Below are positions 1 through 10,530 of a stretch of DNA of 64,000 nucleotides, one piece after another. Each line of letters begins with the position of its first letter. The first letter of the stretch is position 1. The stretch comes from an uncultured Coriobacteriales bacterium. GTDB taxonomy: Bacteria > Actinomycetota > Coriobacteriia > Coriobacteriales > QAMH01. Position numbers and translations under genes: made by a program. The stretch is from NCBI GenBank assembly GCA_934646835.1, contig CAKUES010000006.1:32533-96532 (forward strand), written 5' to 3'. The notes under the pieces are model-generated. The model worked only from the letters and a program-made list of their open reading frames with translations. It had not been told where the DNA came from and did not search any database.

Positions 1-1
1 T

Positions 2-667
2 ATGGGTTCTGCTCCCAACGCCGCTGCTGCTGCAAGCGTGAGCCACCCCGTCAAGCAGGGCCTCATCCAGTCCCTGTCCGTCTACATCGACACGCTCGTC
101 ATCTGCACCTGCTCTGCGATGCTGATCATGGTCTTCTATGTCCAAGACCCTGCTACGGCCACCGCGCTCAACGGCATCCCCCTGGTCCAGGCTGCAGTCT
201 CCAGCTCCTTTGGCGAGAACGGCATCATGATCGTCACCTTCGCCATCTGGTGCTTTGCCTTCAGCTCCATCCTGGGCAACTACTACTACGCCGAGAGTAA
301 CTTCTTGTTCATCACCAAGAACAAGGTAGCGCTGTTCATCTTCCGCGCTGTCTGCCTGATCATCGTCTTCGCCGGTGCTTGTAACAGCTTCGACCTCGCT
401 TGGAACCTGGCCGACATCTTCATGGGCTTCATGGCGATCATCAACCTCGTCGTCATCCTCATCATCGGCAAGTGGGCCTTCAAGATCCTCGACGACTACA
501 CGGTCCAGCGCAAGGCGGGCAAGGACCCCGTCTTCGTCGCCTCGAGCATCGAGGGCCTTCCCGCAACTGAGTGCTGGCATGAGGCCCACATCGAGGACGT
601 GGGTGACAACCCCCTCAACGAGGTCCTCGACGCCGCCACCTGCGCCAAGGGCAACCCCATCAACTAA
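2..667 (+). CDS. Alanine/glycine:cation symporter (AGCS family), C-terminal part; the 5' end lies outside the window
   Basis: Frame is open from the window edge to TAA 665-667. Polytopic hydrophobic protein with AGCS-like stretches (SHPVKQGLIQSLSVYIDTLVICT...). A strong terminator follows. Confidence 0.7.
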   Translation: MGSAPNAAAAASVSHPVKQGLIQSLSVYIDTLVICTCSAMLIMVFYVQDPATATALNGIPLVQAAVSSSFGENGIMIVTFAIWCFAFSSILGNYYYAESNFLFITKNKVALFIFRAVCLIIVFAGACNSFDLAWNLADIFMGFMAIINLVVILIIGKWAFKILDDYTVQRKAGKDPVFVASSIEGLPATECWHEAHIEDVGDNPLNEVLDAATCAKGNPIN

Positions 668-680
668 CGTGCTAGCGCAA

Positions 681-709
681 AGAGGCTCCGCAGCTGCGGA
701 GCCTTTTTT
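681..709 (+). terminator. Rho-independent terminator
   Basis: GGCTCCGCAGCTGCGGAGCC hairpin (684-703) followed by TTTTTT. Confidence 0.8.
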
Positions 710-712
710 GCT

Positions 713-790
713 TAGGGAAGCACTGATCAATGCGAGGTTTATGGGGAGGGACAGGGTCCCTCCCCATACGTAACTGAGCGAGCGGCGTTA
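713..790 (-). repeat. Family A intergenic element (GGGGAGGGAC..GTCCCTCCCC core), partial copy, reverse orientation
   Basis: TAGGGAAGCACTGATCAATGCGAGGTTTATGGGGAGGGACAGGGTCCCTCCCCATACGTAAC matches the reverse complement of the 4622-4735 copy. Confidence 0.7.
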
Positions 791-978
791 TCTTGGGGGA
801 GGGTCGTCGGGCTTGCGATGGGCGGATCTTGCCGCTTACGCGTTCCTGCTGTGATCGCCGTATGTTGCAATTGCGCAAACCTACTGTGGAGAATGGGTCA
901 ATAGCCTGTTTGCCGGCACCCAAATCGGATAAAATTCCTTGGATATGCGTTTGATTCCAGATAAGAGGAGACACGCTT

Positions 979-1482
979 ATGAACAACGTCAACGACGTGA
1001 TGCCGTTTCTGCTTATGGCGCTTGCAGTGCTCGGCATCGTGGCGCTTATCGCTCTCATCGTGGTGCTCGTCAGGGCCGCCAAGGCGATGAAGGGCGTCAA
1101 CGAGCTTGTGGAGTCCGCCAACAGGGAGGTCACGCCTGCTCTTGAGAACGTAAACGCCATGGTGAGCGACCTCGCTCCCTCTGTAAAGGCCATCGGCCCT
1201 GCGATTGAGAAGGTCGATCCCCTGGTTGACCGCGTCCAGCTCACGGTCGACACCGTCAACCTGGAGCTTTTGCGCGTCGACGGCATCTTGGAGGATGTCG
1301 AGCAGGTCACTGACGTCATCGGTGGCGCCGCTACGACGGTAAACAACGTCGTCTCTGCCCCGAGCGAGGCGGTTGCGGGTATTCTCGACCACGTCAAGGG
1401 TCTGGTTGAGGAGACGACCGGCGCCGCGCCGAGCGGCAAGAAGCGCTTTGTCTACCCCATCGGCAAGGGCAAGAAAGAGTAA
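979..1482 (+). CDS. DUF948-like membrane-anchored protein
   Basis: One N-terminal TM helix (FLLMALAVLGIVALIALIVVLV) followed by a long helical repeat region typical of DUF948. AGGAG RBS lies 7 nt upstream. Confidence 0.65.
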   Translation: MNNVNDVMPFLLMALAVLGIVALIALIVVLVRAAKAMKGVNELVESANREVTPALENVNAMVSDLAPSVKAIGPAIEKVDPLVDRVQLTVDTVNLELLRVDGILEDVEQVTDVIGGAATTVNNVVSAPSEAVAGILDHVKGLVEETTGAAPSGKKRFVYPIGKGKKE

Positions 1483-1540
1483 CACCAGCGATTTTTTCGC
1501 ATGCACGACTTAGATAGATTGAGTTGAAGGAGAGCACTAC

Positions 1541-4180
1541 GTGAAAAGGATGACCTCCGCCGAGCTGCGCGCGGCCTACATCAAGTTCTTTGAGGAGAAG
1601 GGGTGCCAGCACTGGCCGTCTTCCTCCCTCGTTCCGGACGACCCCTCCCTGCTGCTGACGGTTGCGGGCATGGTCCAGTTCAAGCCGTACTTCCTGCAGC
1701 AAAAGCACCTCGATCCCAAGTACATCGGTGCGACCACCAGCCAGAAGTGCGTCCGCACCAATGACATCGACGTCATCGGCACCGATGGCCGCCACCTGAG
1801 CTTCTTCGAGATGCTCGGCAACTTCTCCTTTGGCGAGTACTTCAAGGACGAGATGTGCCAGTGGGCATGGGAGTTCTCCACGCAGATCATGGAGCTCGAC
1901 CCCGACAAGATCTACGTCACCATCTACGAGAAGGACGAGGAGACCGCCGAGATCTGGGAGCGCGTCGGCGTCGACCCGAGCCACATCTCCCGTCTGGGCG
2001 AGGATGACAACTTCTGGCGCGCAGGCCCCACCGGCCCCTGCGGCCCCTGCTCTGAGCTTTACTACGACCAGGGCCCCGAGGTCGGCTGCGACGACCCCAA
2101 CTGCGCACCTGGCTGCGATTGCGATCGCTACCTCGAGTACTGGAACCTCGTCTTCACCCAGTACGACGGCCAGGAGGACGGAAGCCTCGTCCCCCTCGAG
2201 AAGAAGAACATCGATACGGGCATGGGCCTGGAGCGCGCCGCTGCCATCCTGCAGGGCGTGACCTCCAACTTCGACAGCGACATCCTGCGCAGCCTCGTTG
2301 GCGTGGGTGAGAAGCTCACCGGCAAGAAGTACGGCGTTGACTACAAGACCGACCTCTCCTTGCGCATCATGGCCGACCACTCCCGTGCCATCACCTTTAT
2401 GATCGGCGACGGCATCCTGCCCTCCAACGAGGGCCGCGGCTATGTCCTGCGCCGCCTGCTGCGCCGCGCTGTTCGCCACGGTCATATCCAGGGCATCGAC
2501 AAGCCCTTCCTGGGTGTCTTCCTCGACGAGGTCGTCGCACAGATGGGCGAGGAGTACCCGGAGATCGTCGAGAACAAGTCCCTGATCGCCCAGACCCTCC
2601 TCAACGAGGAGGAGCGCTTCCGTGCGACGCTCGCACATGGCGAGGGCTTCTTGAACGACGCGCTCGACAGCCTCAAGGAGGGCGACGTCCTCGACGGCAA
2701 GAGCGCCTTCACGCTGCATGACACCTACGGCTTCCCCTTCGAGCTGACCTGCGAGATCTGCGCTGAGCAGGGCATCGAGGTCGACGAGGAGGGCTTCTCC
2801 AAGGAGATGGAGGCCCAGCGCCAGCGCGCCCGCGACGCCCGCAAGGACGACGCTTGGGACCTCGGCGGCGACGTCTACGCAGAGATCCTCGAGGAGCTTG
2901 GCGAGCCCGAGTTCACCGGCTACGTTGATGATGAGACGGAGGCAACCGTCAAGGCCATCGTCGTCGAGGGCAAGCGCGTCGACAGCGCCAGCGCCGGCCA
3001 GGAGGCCTGCATCATCCTCGACAAGACGCCCTTCTACGGCGAGATGGGTGGCCAGGTCGGCGATACGGGTACCATCAGCGCAGACGGCCTGGAGATCGAG
3101 GTCTCCAACACCGTCAAGCCCGAGGCTGGTCTGCCCGTTCACAAGTGCGTCGTCAAGAGCGGCACGGTGAGCGTGGGCCAGAGCGTCAACGCTGCAATCG
3201 ACACCCTGCGTCGCGCCCGCATCGCGCGCAACCACACCGCGACCCACATCCTGCAAAAGGCACTCGCCATGGTTCTCGGCGACCACGTCAAGCAGGCAGG
3301 CTCCCTCGTCGCTCCCGATCGCCTGCGCTTCGACTTCACCCACTTCGAGCAGGTGAGCCATGAGCAGATCGTCGAGATCGAGCGCATCGCAAACGAGATC
3401 ATCATGTCCGACCTCCCGGTCGTCACCTACGAGACAAGCCTCAACGCAGCGCGTGAGGCAGGCGTTCTGGCGCTCTTTGGCGAGAAGTACGGCGAGTTCG
3501 TCCGCGTGGTCGAGGTCGGCAACTTCTCCAAGGAGCTGTGCGGCGGTACCCATGTGGGCCACGCCGCAGAGATCGGCCTGCTCAAGGTCCTCGGCGAGAG
3601 CTCCGTTGGCTCCAACACCCGCCGCATCGAGGCAGTGACCAGCTTCGACGCCTTCAAGTACGTCACCGAGCAGACCGAGGAGCTCCATGCGGTGAGCAGC
3701 GCGCTCAACTGCAAGCCCCTCGAGTCCACCGAGCGTCTGGTCGCCCTGCAGGCGCGCGTCAAGGATGCAGAGGGCCAGCTCAAGAAGATTCAGAAGGCTG
3801 CCTCCGAGGGTAGCTTTGCGGATTACCTCGACAAGGCCGTCGAGGCCAACGGCTTCAAGGTTGTCGTCGAGGACCTGGGCGAGTCCACGATGGACGCCAT
3901 GCGCGAGGGCTGGGACGTCATGAAGAAGCGCGTTGAGAAGGCTGCCTTCGCCACTGTGCTCTTTGCCCGCAACCCCGAGGGCGGCAACCCCCTGATGATG
4001 GCCGCTGGCAACGACGCTGCCGTCGAGGCAGGCTTCCATGCAGGTAACCTCATCAAGGCTGTTGCACCTGCCATCAAGGGTGGCGGTGGCGGCAAGCCCG
4101 CCATGGCCCAGGCAGGCGGCAAGGACGCCGCTGGCATCCCCGCTGCCGTCGAGAAGGCCAAGGAGCTCCTGGGCGCTTAG
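1541..4180 (+). CDS. alaS: Alanine--tRNA ligase
   Basis: 879 aa. Class II AlaRS motifs are present (FFEEKGCQHWPSSSLVP, QKCVRTNDID, FFEMLGNFSFGEYFK, editing-domain HTATHIL). GTG start with GAAGGAGAG RBS. Confidence 0.97.
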   Translation: MKRMTSAELRAAYIKFFEEKGCQHWPSSSLVPDDPSLLLTVAGMVQFKPYFLQQKHLDPKYIGATTSQKCVRTNDIDVIGTDGRHLSFFEMLGNFSFGEYFKDEMCQWAWEFSTQIMELDPDKIYVTIYEKDEETAEIWERVGVDPSHISRLGEDDNFWRAGPTGPCGPCSELYYDQGPEVGCDDPNCAPGCDCDRYLEYWNLVFTQYDGQEDGSLVPLEKKNIDTGMGLERAAAILQGVTSNFDSDILRSLVGVGEKLTGKKYGVDYKTDLSLRIMADHSRAITFMIGDGILPSNEGRGYVLRRLLRRAVRHGHIQGIDKPFLGVFLDEVVAQMGEEYPEIVENKSLIAQTLLNEEERFRATLAHGEGFLNDALDSLKEGDVLDGKSAFTLHDTYGFPFELTCEICAEQGIEVDEEGFSKEMEAQRQRARDARKDDAWDLGGDVYAEILEELGEPEFTGYVDDETEATVKAIVVEGKRVDSASAGQEACIILDKTPFYGEMGGQVGDTGTISADGLEIEVSNTVKPEAGLPVHKCVVKSGTVSVGQSVNAAIDTLRRARIARNHTATHILQKALAMVLGDHVKQAGSLVAPDRLRFDFTHFEQVSHEQIVEIERIANEIIMSDLPVVTYETSLNAAREAGVLALFGEKYGEFVRVVEVGNFSKELCGGTHVGHAAEIGLLKVLGESSVGSNTRRIEAVTSFDAFKYVTEQTEELHAVSSALNCKPLESTERLVALQARVKDAEGQLKKIQKAASEGSFADYLDKAVEANGFKVVVEDLGESTMDAMREGWDVMKKRVEKAAFATVLFARNPEGGNPLMMAAGNDAAVEAGFHAGNLIKAVAPAIKGGGGGKPAMAQAGGKDAAGIPAAVEKAKELLGA

Positions 4181-4196
4181 GCCCGGGGAGGCGACT

Positions 4197-4610
4197 ATGC
4201 AGGTTCTCGCACTCGACATAGGTGAGAAGCGCATCGGCGTGGCGTCGGGCAACACCGCCTCCGGCATCGCCAACCCGGTCAAGGTCATGCCCGCAGACGA
4301 GGTCATGGCCAACGCCCGCACCTGGCGCATGCTGCTTGAGGATTACGAGCCAGAGCTCTTGGTCTGCGGATGCCCCAAGTCCATGAGCGGTGCCAAGGGT
4401 CAGCAAGCCCAGCGCGTTATGGCTGCGGCAGAAAGAATCGCGGCTGCGGCAGGACTTCCCGTCGAGTTCGTCGACGAGCGCCTGAGCAGCAGCGAGGCCA
4501 AGCGCTACCTGAGAGACCAGGGGATGTCCGAGCGAGACATGCGCGGCAAGGTCGACAGCGTTGCGGCGTCGATCTTCTTGTCGACATGGCTCGAGCAGCA
4601 TCGAGACTAA
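4197..4610 (+). CDS. ruvX: YqgF/RuvX putative pre-16S rRNA nuclease (Holliday-junction-resolvase-like)
   Basis: MQVLALDIGEKRIGVASGN... N-terminus is typical of YqgF. GGGGAGG RBS. Conserved alaS-ruvX-mltG order. The longer track ORF from 4038 overlaps alaS and was not used. Confidence 0.9.
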   Translation: MQVLALDIGEKRIGVASGNTASGIANPVKVMPADEVMANARTWRMLLEDYEPELLVCGCPKSMSGAKGQQAQRVMAAAERIAAAAGLPVEFVDERLSSSEAKRYLRDQGMSERDMRGKVDSVAASIFLSTWLEQHRD

Positions 4611-4621
4611 GGACACGTATT

Positions 4622-4735
4622 TAGGGAAACGCCGATTAAAGCAGATATCCACTGCATGTGATTAACAAAACCGCTGGTTATGTAGGGGAGGGACCCTGTC
4701 CCTCCCCATAAACCTCGCATTATTCAGTGTTTCCT
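4622..4735 (+). repeat. Family A element, full-length copy (about 114 nt), forward orientation
   Basis: TAGGGAAACGCCGATTAA...GTAGGGGAGGGACCCTGTCCCTCCCCATAA...CGCATTATTCAGTGTTTCC. The termini are inverted repeats of each other around a central G-rich hairpin. Confidence 0.8.
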
Positions 4736-4877
4736 TTGCTTTGAACGAGTTGCGTGCAGGTATCCGGTTTGACTGGATCTTGTGCGCAACTTGTCACATG
4801 AAGGGGTATTCCGCCCAAGCGCTGTGCATCTGAGCGCCACCTGGGCTTTTCGTACCAAAACAGAGAGGATTTTATCC

Positions 4878-5984
4878 GTGGCTTACGGCAGGCACTCTGC
4901 AGGCAAGGACAAGAAGAAGGCAAAGCCCGCGGCAGCTCAGCGCAGCGCTGGCAAGCCGAGGACCAAGCAGGGCCATATCGGCGTGATTGTGATAGCCATC
5001 GTCGTTGTGGCGGTCTTGGTCGTCGCGTTCAAGGTGTTTCCTAGCATCGGTGAGAGGTCGGCTGACGTCCTCGAGGGCCAGCAGATCACCGTCGAGATCC
5101 CCGAGGGGTCCACGACTTCCCAAATCGCAAAGATCCTCAAGCAAGACGGCGTCATCGCAACCGAGGGCGATTTCATCGGCAGCGTGAAGCAGAAGGGAGT
5201 CGCTGACCAGCTCAAGGCGGGCACCTACCGCTTCACGGGTGGTCAGGACACCGGCAGCATCGTCGATGCGATGGTCGAGGGCAACGCCGGCTACACGCTC
5301 CTCATTCCCGAGGGCTACACCGTCAAGAAGATCGCCAATGCCGTTCAGGACAGCTGCTCCATCAAGGCCGAGGACTTCTACAACCTCGCGATGAAGGCAG
5401 GCGACTACGTCGCGGACTATCCCTTCCTGTCTGATGCTTACAACGGCTCGATGGAGGGCTTCCTCTTCCCTGACACCTACACCGTGCCCTACGGGGCGAC
5501 GGCAGACGAAGTCATCCGCATGATGCTCGACAACTACACTGCGCAGATCGCGAGCGTGGACATGAGCTATGCGTCCTCTAAGAACCTTACGGCCTACGAC
5601 GTCTTGACCTTGGCTTCCATGGTGGAGAAGGAGTCGCGCGACGACTCCGACAAGGCCAAGATCGCCAGCGTCTTCTACAATCGCCTGCACGAGGGCATGA
5701 ACCTCGGCAGTGATGTGACCACGTACTATGCCGTCGGCAAGGAGCTGACCGAGGACCTCACCAAGGAGGACCTCAACAGCGACAGCCCCTACAACACACG
5801 CAATCCCAACCACAAGGGCCTGCCTGCCGGTCCTATCTGCAGCCCCGGCCTGGCGTCGCTCAACGCGGCTGCGCACCCGGAGGAGACGGACAACCTCTAC
5901 TTCTTCTACAGCTCGAAGAAGGACAAGACCATGTTCTACAAGGACCACGCCTCCTTCAACAAGGCGTGGGCGAAGCTGCAGTAG
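4878..5984 (+). CDS. mltG: Endolytic murein transglycosylase MltG (YceG-like)
   Basis: Basic N-terminus, one TM helix (IGVIVIAIVVVAVLVVAF), then a YceG domain (LASMVEKES, SVFYNRL, PYNTR...GLP.GPI..PG). Start chosen at GTG 4878 (AGAGAGGA RBS). The track ORF begins at 4782, so the start is uncertain. Confidence 0.85.
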   Translation: MAYGRHSAGKDKKKAKPAAAQRSAGKPRTKQGHIGVIVIAIVVVAVLVVAFKVFPSIGERSADVLEGQQITVEIPEGSTTSQIAKILKQDGVIATEGDFIGSVKQKGVADQLKAGTYRFTGGQDTGSIVDAMVEGNAGYTLLIPEGYTVKKIANAVQDSCSIKAEDFYNLAMKAGDYVADYPFLSDAYNGSMEGFLFPDTYTVPYGATADEVIRMMLDNYTAQIASVDMSYASSKNLTAYDVLTLASMVEKESRDDSDKAKIASVFYNRLHEGMNLGSDVTTYYAVGKELTEDLTKEDLNSDSPYNTRNPNHKGLPAGPICSPGLASLNAAAHPEETDNLYFFYSSKKDKTMFYKDHASFNKAWAKLQ

Positions 5985-5993
5985 GGGTGTGCG

Positions 5994-6524
5994 ATGGCGT
6001 TCTTCAGACCGCGCGAGTACTACGCCTCTGTGCTTGACATCGACCCTGCTGAGCTTGTCTCAAGGGGTTTTAAGGGCGTTTTGCTCGACGTCGACAATAC
6101 CTTGATGCCGCGCACGGACACCGAGGTCCCGGCGAAGATGGCCGATTGGGTGCGCCGCCTCCAGGAGGCGGGGCTTGCGACGCTCGTCTTGTCCAACAGC
6201 TTCCAGGACCGCGTGGTAAACGCAGTGGAGCAGCTGGGTTGCAAGTTCGTCGGCAAGGCGATGAAGCCGCTGCCGGGTGGCTTCAAGCGTTGTGAGGAGC
6301 TGCTTGGCCTTGCGCCTGCACAACTCGTCATGGTGGGCGATCAGACCTACACGGATATCCTGGGGGCGAACCTCGCCGGTATCCACAGCATCCTCGTTTT
6401 GCCGTTGGGCAGCGTGGATTTGTGGCATACGCGCGTCTTCAGGGTGATCGACAAGCTGCTGCTTGCGGGTCTGCATCCCAAGGGCGAGTTTCCCCAGGAC
6501 ATCTACACGCTAGGAGAGCGCTGA
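5994..6524 (+). CDS. YqeG-family HAD-IIIA phosphatase
   Basis: LLDVDNTLMPR (DxDxT nucleophile motif), VLSNS, GKAMKP, MVGDQTYTDILGAN. About 175 aa, as for YqeG. Confidence 0.8.
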   Translation: MAFFRPREYYASVLDIDPAELVSRGFKGVLLDVDNTLMPRTDTEVPAKMADWVRRLQEAGLATLVLSNSFQDRVVNAVEQLGCKFVGKAMKPLPGGFKRCEELLGLAPAQLVMVGDQTYTDILGANLAGIHSILVLPLGSVDLWHTRVFRVIDKLLLAGLHPKGEFPQDIYTLGER

Positions 6525-6625
6525 TAAACGCAGGTATCTACTGTACATGATTGGCAAATCGCTGGTTACCTAGGGGAGGGACTGGTGTCCCTCCCCATAA
6601 ACCTTGCATCAATCAGCGTTTCCCT
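6524..6625 (+). repeat. Family A element, forward orientation
   Basis: ...CTGGTTACCTAGGGGAGGGACTGGTGTCCCTCCCCATAAACCTTGCATCAATCAGCGTTTCCCT. Begins at the stop codon of the preceding gene. Confidence 0.75.
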
Positions 6626-6745
6626 AGAAAGTGCTGATTAATGCGAGGCGTAAAGGGAGGGGCGGGGTCCCTTCCCTACGTAACCAGCGATTCTCTATTG
6701 ATGGGATTGGCATAGGATATACGTAACCAGCGGTTTTCGATTGCC
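6626..6745 (-). repeat. Family A element, reverse orientation, diverged, with an internal duplication
   Basis: AGAAAGTGCTGATTAATGCGAGGCGTAAAGGGAGGGGCGGGGTCCCTTCCCTACGTAACCAGCG...; ACGTAACCAGCG occurs twice (6678-6689, 6721-6732). Sits head-to-head with the 6524-6625 copy. Confidence 0.65.
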
Positions 6746-6758
6746 GAGGAGGGCAGCT

Positions 6759-7661
6759 ATGGTGGGTTTTGGCGATGTGAGGAGCACGAACGAGAAAGTG
6801 GGGAAGCGCTTTGCCGTGATCGGCACCCCTGTCGGCCATTCGCTCTCGCCTGCCATCCACAACATCGTCTACCGTGCGGCTGACGTCGACTGGAGCTATT
6901 CCGCAATCGAGTGCCCGACCGAGGCCGACGCCCTCCATCAGATCGACCTCGTGCGTATGGGGCACCTTGACGGTATCAACATCACCATGCCCTACAAGAA
7001 ACTCGCGATGGAGCAGGCCGACCTCGTCGACGCGAGCGCCGTCGCTGCAGGCGGGGCAAACGTGCTGGTGCGACGCGGCAAGGACCTGTGCGCGTACAAC
7101 ACCGACGGACTGGGCGCCGTCGACGCGATCGTCCGTGCGGCAGACCTCGACGTGACAAAGGTCTACGCCTGTGTCTGTGGAACGGGCCCCACCTCGAGCT
7201 CTATCGCCTGCGCGCTTGCTATGAGCGGGGCGAAAAGCGTCACCGTGTTCAGCCGCAGCGCTTCCAAGGCCGCCTCTGCCGTCAGGCACATGGCAAGCTG
7301 CCTTGAATCCGAGCAGGCGGCGGTCCTGCATCCGGCGACCTACGACGATGTATTTCGTATCGTGCCCGGCTGCAATGTCTTCGTCGATGCGACGCCGCGC
7401 GGCATGAACCCCGACGACGAGCCGATCATCAGCCCGAGCTTCTTCCACGAGGGCCAGGTCGTGATGGACGTCGTCTACGCGCACGGGCTCACCAGAATCG
7501 TCGAGGGCGCACGCGAGCAGGGTGCAATCGCAATCGACGGTGGCGAGATGCTCGTCGGGCAGGCGGCGCTCGCCATAGAGATCTGGCAGCGGGAGCTCGG
7601 CTACAGCTTTCCCATCGACCGCAACATCATGCGCAAGCCGGTGCTCGCCAAACAGGCGTGA
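6759..7661 (+). CDS. aroE: Shikimate dehydrogenase
   Basis: FAVIGTPVGHSLSPAIHN, NITMPYK, NTDG.G and GTGPTSSS (NADP site) motifs. ATG 6759 has a GAGGAGGG RBS. The track start at 6741 (TTG) lies inside the repeat. Confidence 0.85.
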   Translation: MVGFGDVRSTNEKVGKRFAVIGTPVGHSLSPAIHNIVYRAADVDWSYSAIECPTEADALHQIDLVRMGHLDGINITMPYKKLAMEQADLVDASAVAAGGANVLVRRGKDLCAYNTDGLGAVDAIVRAADLDVTKVYACVCGTGPTSSSIACALAMSGAKSVTVFSRSASKAASAVRHMASCLESEQAAVLHPATYDDVFRIVPGCNVFVDATPRGMNPDDEPIISPSFFHEGQVVMDVVYAHGLTRIVEGAREQGAIAIDGGEMLVGQAALAIEIWQRELGYSFPIDRNIMRKPVLAKQA

Positions 7662-7666
7662 TCCGC

Positions 7667-7745
7667 GTTTGGGAAACGCTGGCCAAAGCGAGTCTTATGG
7701 GGAGGGACAGGGTCCCTTCCCTGCGTAGTCGGCGTTTCGCCAAAC
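7667..7745 (-). repeat. Family A element, short form (about 79 nt)
   Basis: GTTTGGGAAACGC...CTTATGGGGAGGGACAGGGTCCCTTCCCTGCGTAG...GCGTTTCGCCAAAC. The hairpin core is flanked by inverted termini. Confidence 0.65.
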
Positions 7746-7764
7746 AGCACGACCAAGTATTTGA

Positions 7765-9924
<2,160 letters not shown>

Positions 9925-9967
9925 CAGGCCGACGACTCCGTGCGCAATAGTCTCCGCATGCAAATAG

Positions 9968-10045
9968 AGGGGGCGCCTCCTCGGTGCATGTTCAGGTTCG
10001 AGATCGTTTTAACTCACCTGAACATGCACCGGGGAGGCGCCCCCT
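9968..10045. terminator. Long hairpin between convergent genes (possible bidirectional terminator)
   Basis: 30-nt arms AGGGGGCGCCTCCTCGGTGCATGTTCAGGT / ACCTGAACATGCACCGGGGAGGCGCCCCCT with one mismatch. No clear T-tract. Confidence 0.45.
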
Positions 10046-10073
10046 TGCGTTTGTCGACGTTATGCGCGACTGG

Positions 10074-10379
10074 CTAGTTGACGGGTACCCAACGCTCGAG
10101 GATGAGAAGCGTCTCCTCCTGAGTGCTGACCTGGTGAACTTCGTCTTCGTTGATGTAGGGCGCGCGTCCGATCTCGTTGACAACCGTCTGGGACAGCCTC
10201 CATCCCATCTCACCGTAAAGGTTGAGCAGTTCCTCGATCTTGCCGACGTTTGCGCCGCCATCCATGAGGTCGCTCACTTTGACGACCTTGTATTCAAAGT
10301 AACCGCCGCTTGTGGGACGGCCAGAAGTTGCAAGCTTGTCCGGGCCCTTTGTCGCCAGCGTCTTGTCTTCTTGAGTCAT
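10074..10379 (-). CDS. Small DUF4177-like protein
   Basis: MTQEDK...GGYFEYKVVKV...ELLNLYGEMGWRL resembles the DUF4177 pattern as I recall it. Start taken at the internal ATG at 10379. Preferred over the overlapping + strand ORF 9984-10442. Confidence 0.5.
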   Translation of the reverse strand: MTQEDKTLATKGPDKLATSGRPTSGGYFEYKVVKVSDLMDGGANVGKIEELLNLYGEMGWRLSQTVVNEIGRAPYINEDEVHQVSTQEETLLILERWVPVN

Positions 10380-10530
10380 GACTATCACCGTGCTTTCGAT
10401 TGCTTCCTCAAACTTGCTAATTGTAAATCGCGCGCATGGTGAAACTATGACGGCGCAACACAATTGCAAGCGAGGTGATACGTGCTTGTTGATATTGAGT
10501 TGAGCAGGAGCGTGTGCGGATGGCGGCTAG

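Noticed and set aside
1394-4330. 978-aa ORF on the minus strand covering all of alaS
   Set aside because: This is a mirror-frame artefact typical of high-GC DNA. The translation is low-complexity (A/G/L/V/D-rich) with no recognisable domain. The sense strand encodes an unmistakable AlaRS.
9984-10442. 152-aa + strand ORF overlapping the small minus-strand gene
   Set aside because: It starts inside the long terminator hairpin after ligA and has no recognisable similarity. The minus-strand product has a compact DUF4177-like sequence. The call still carries only moderate confidence.
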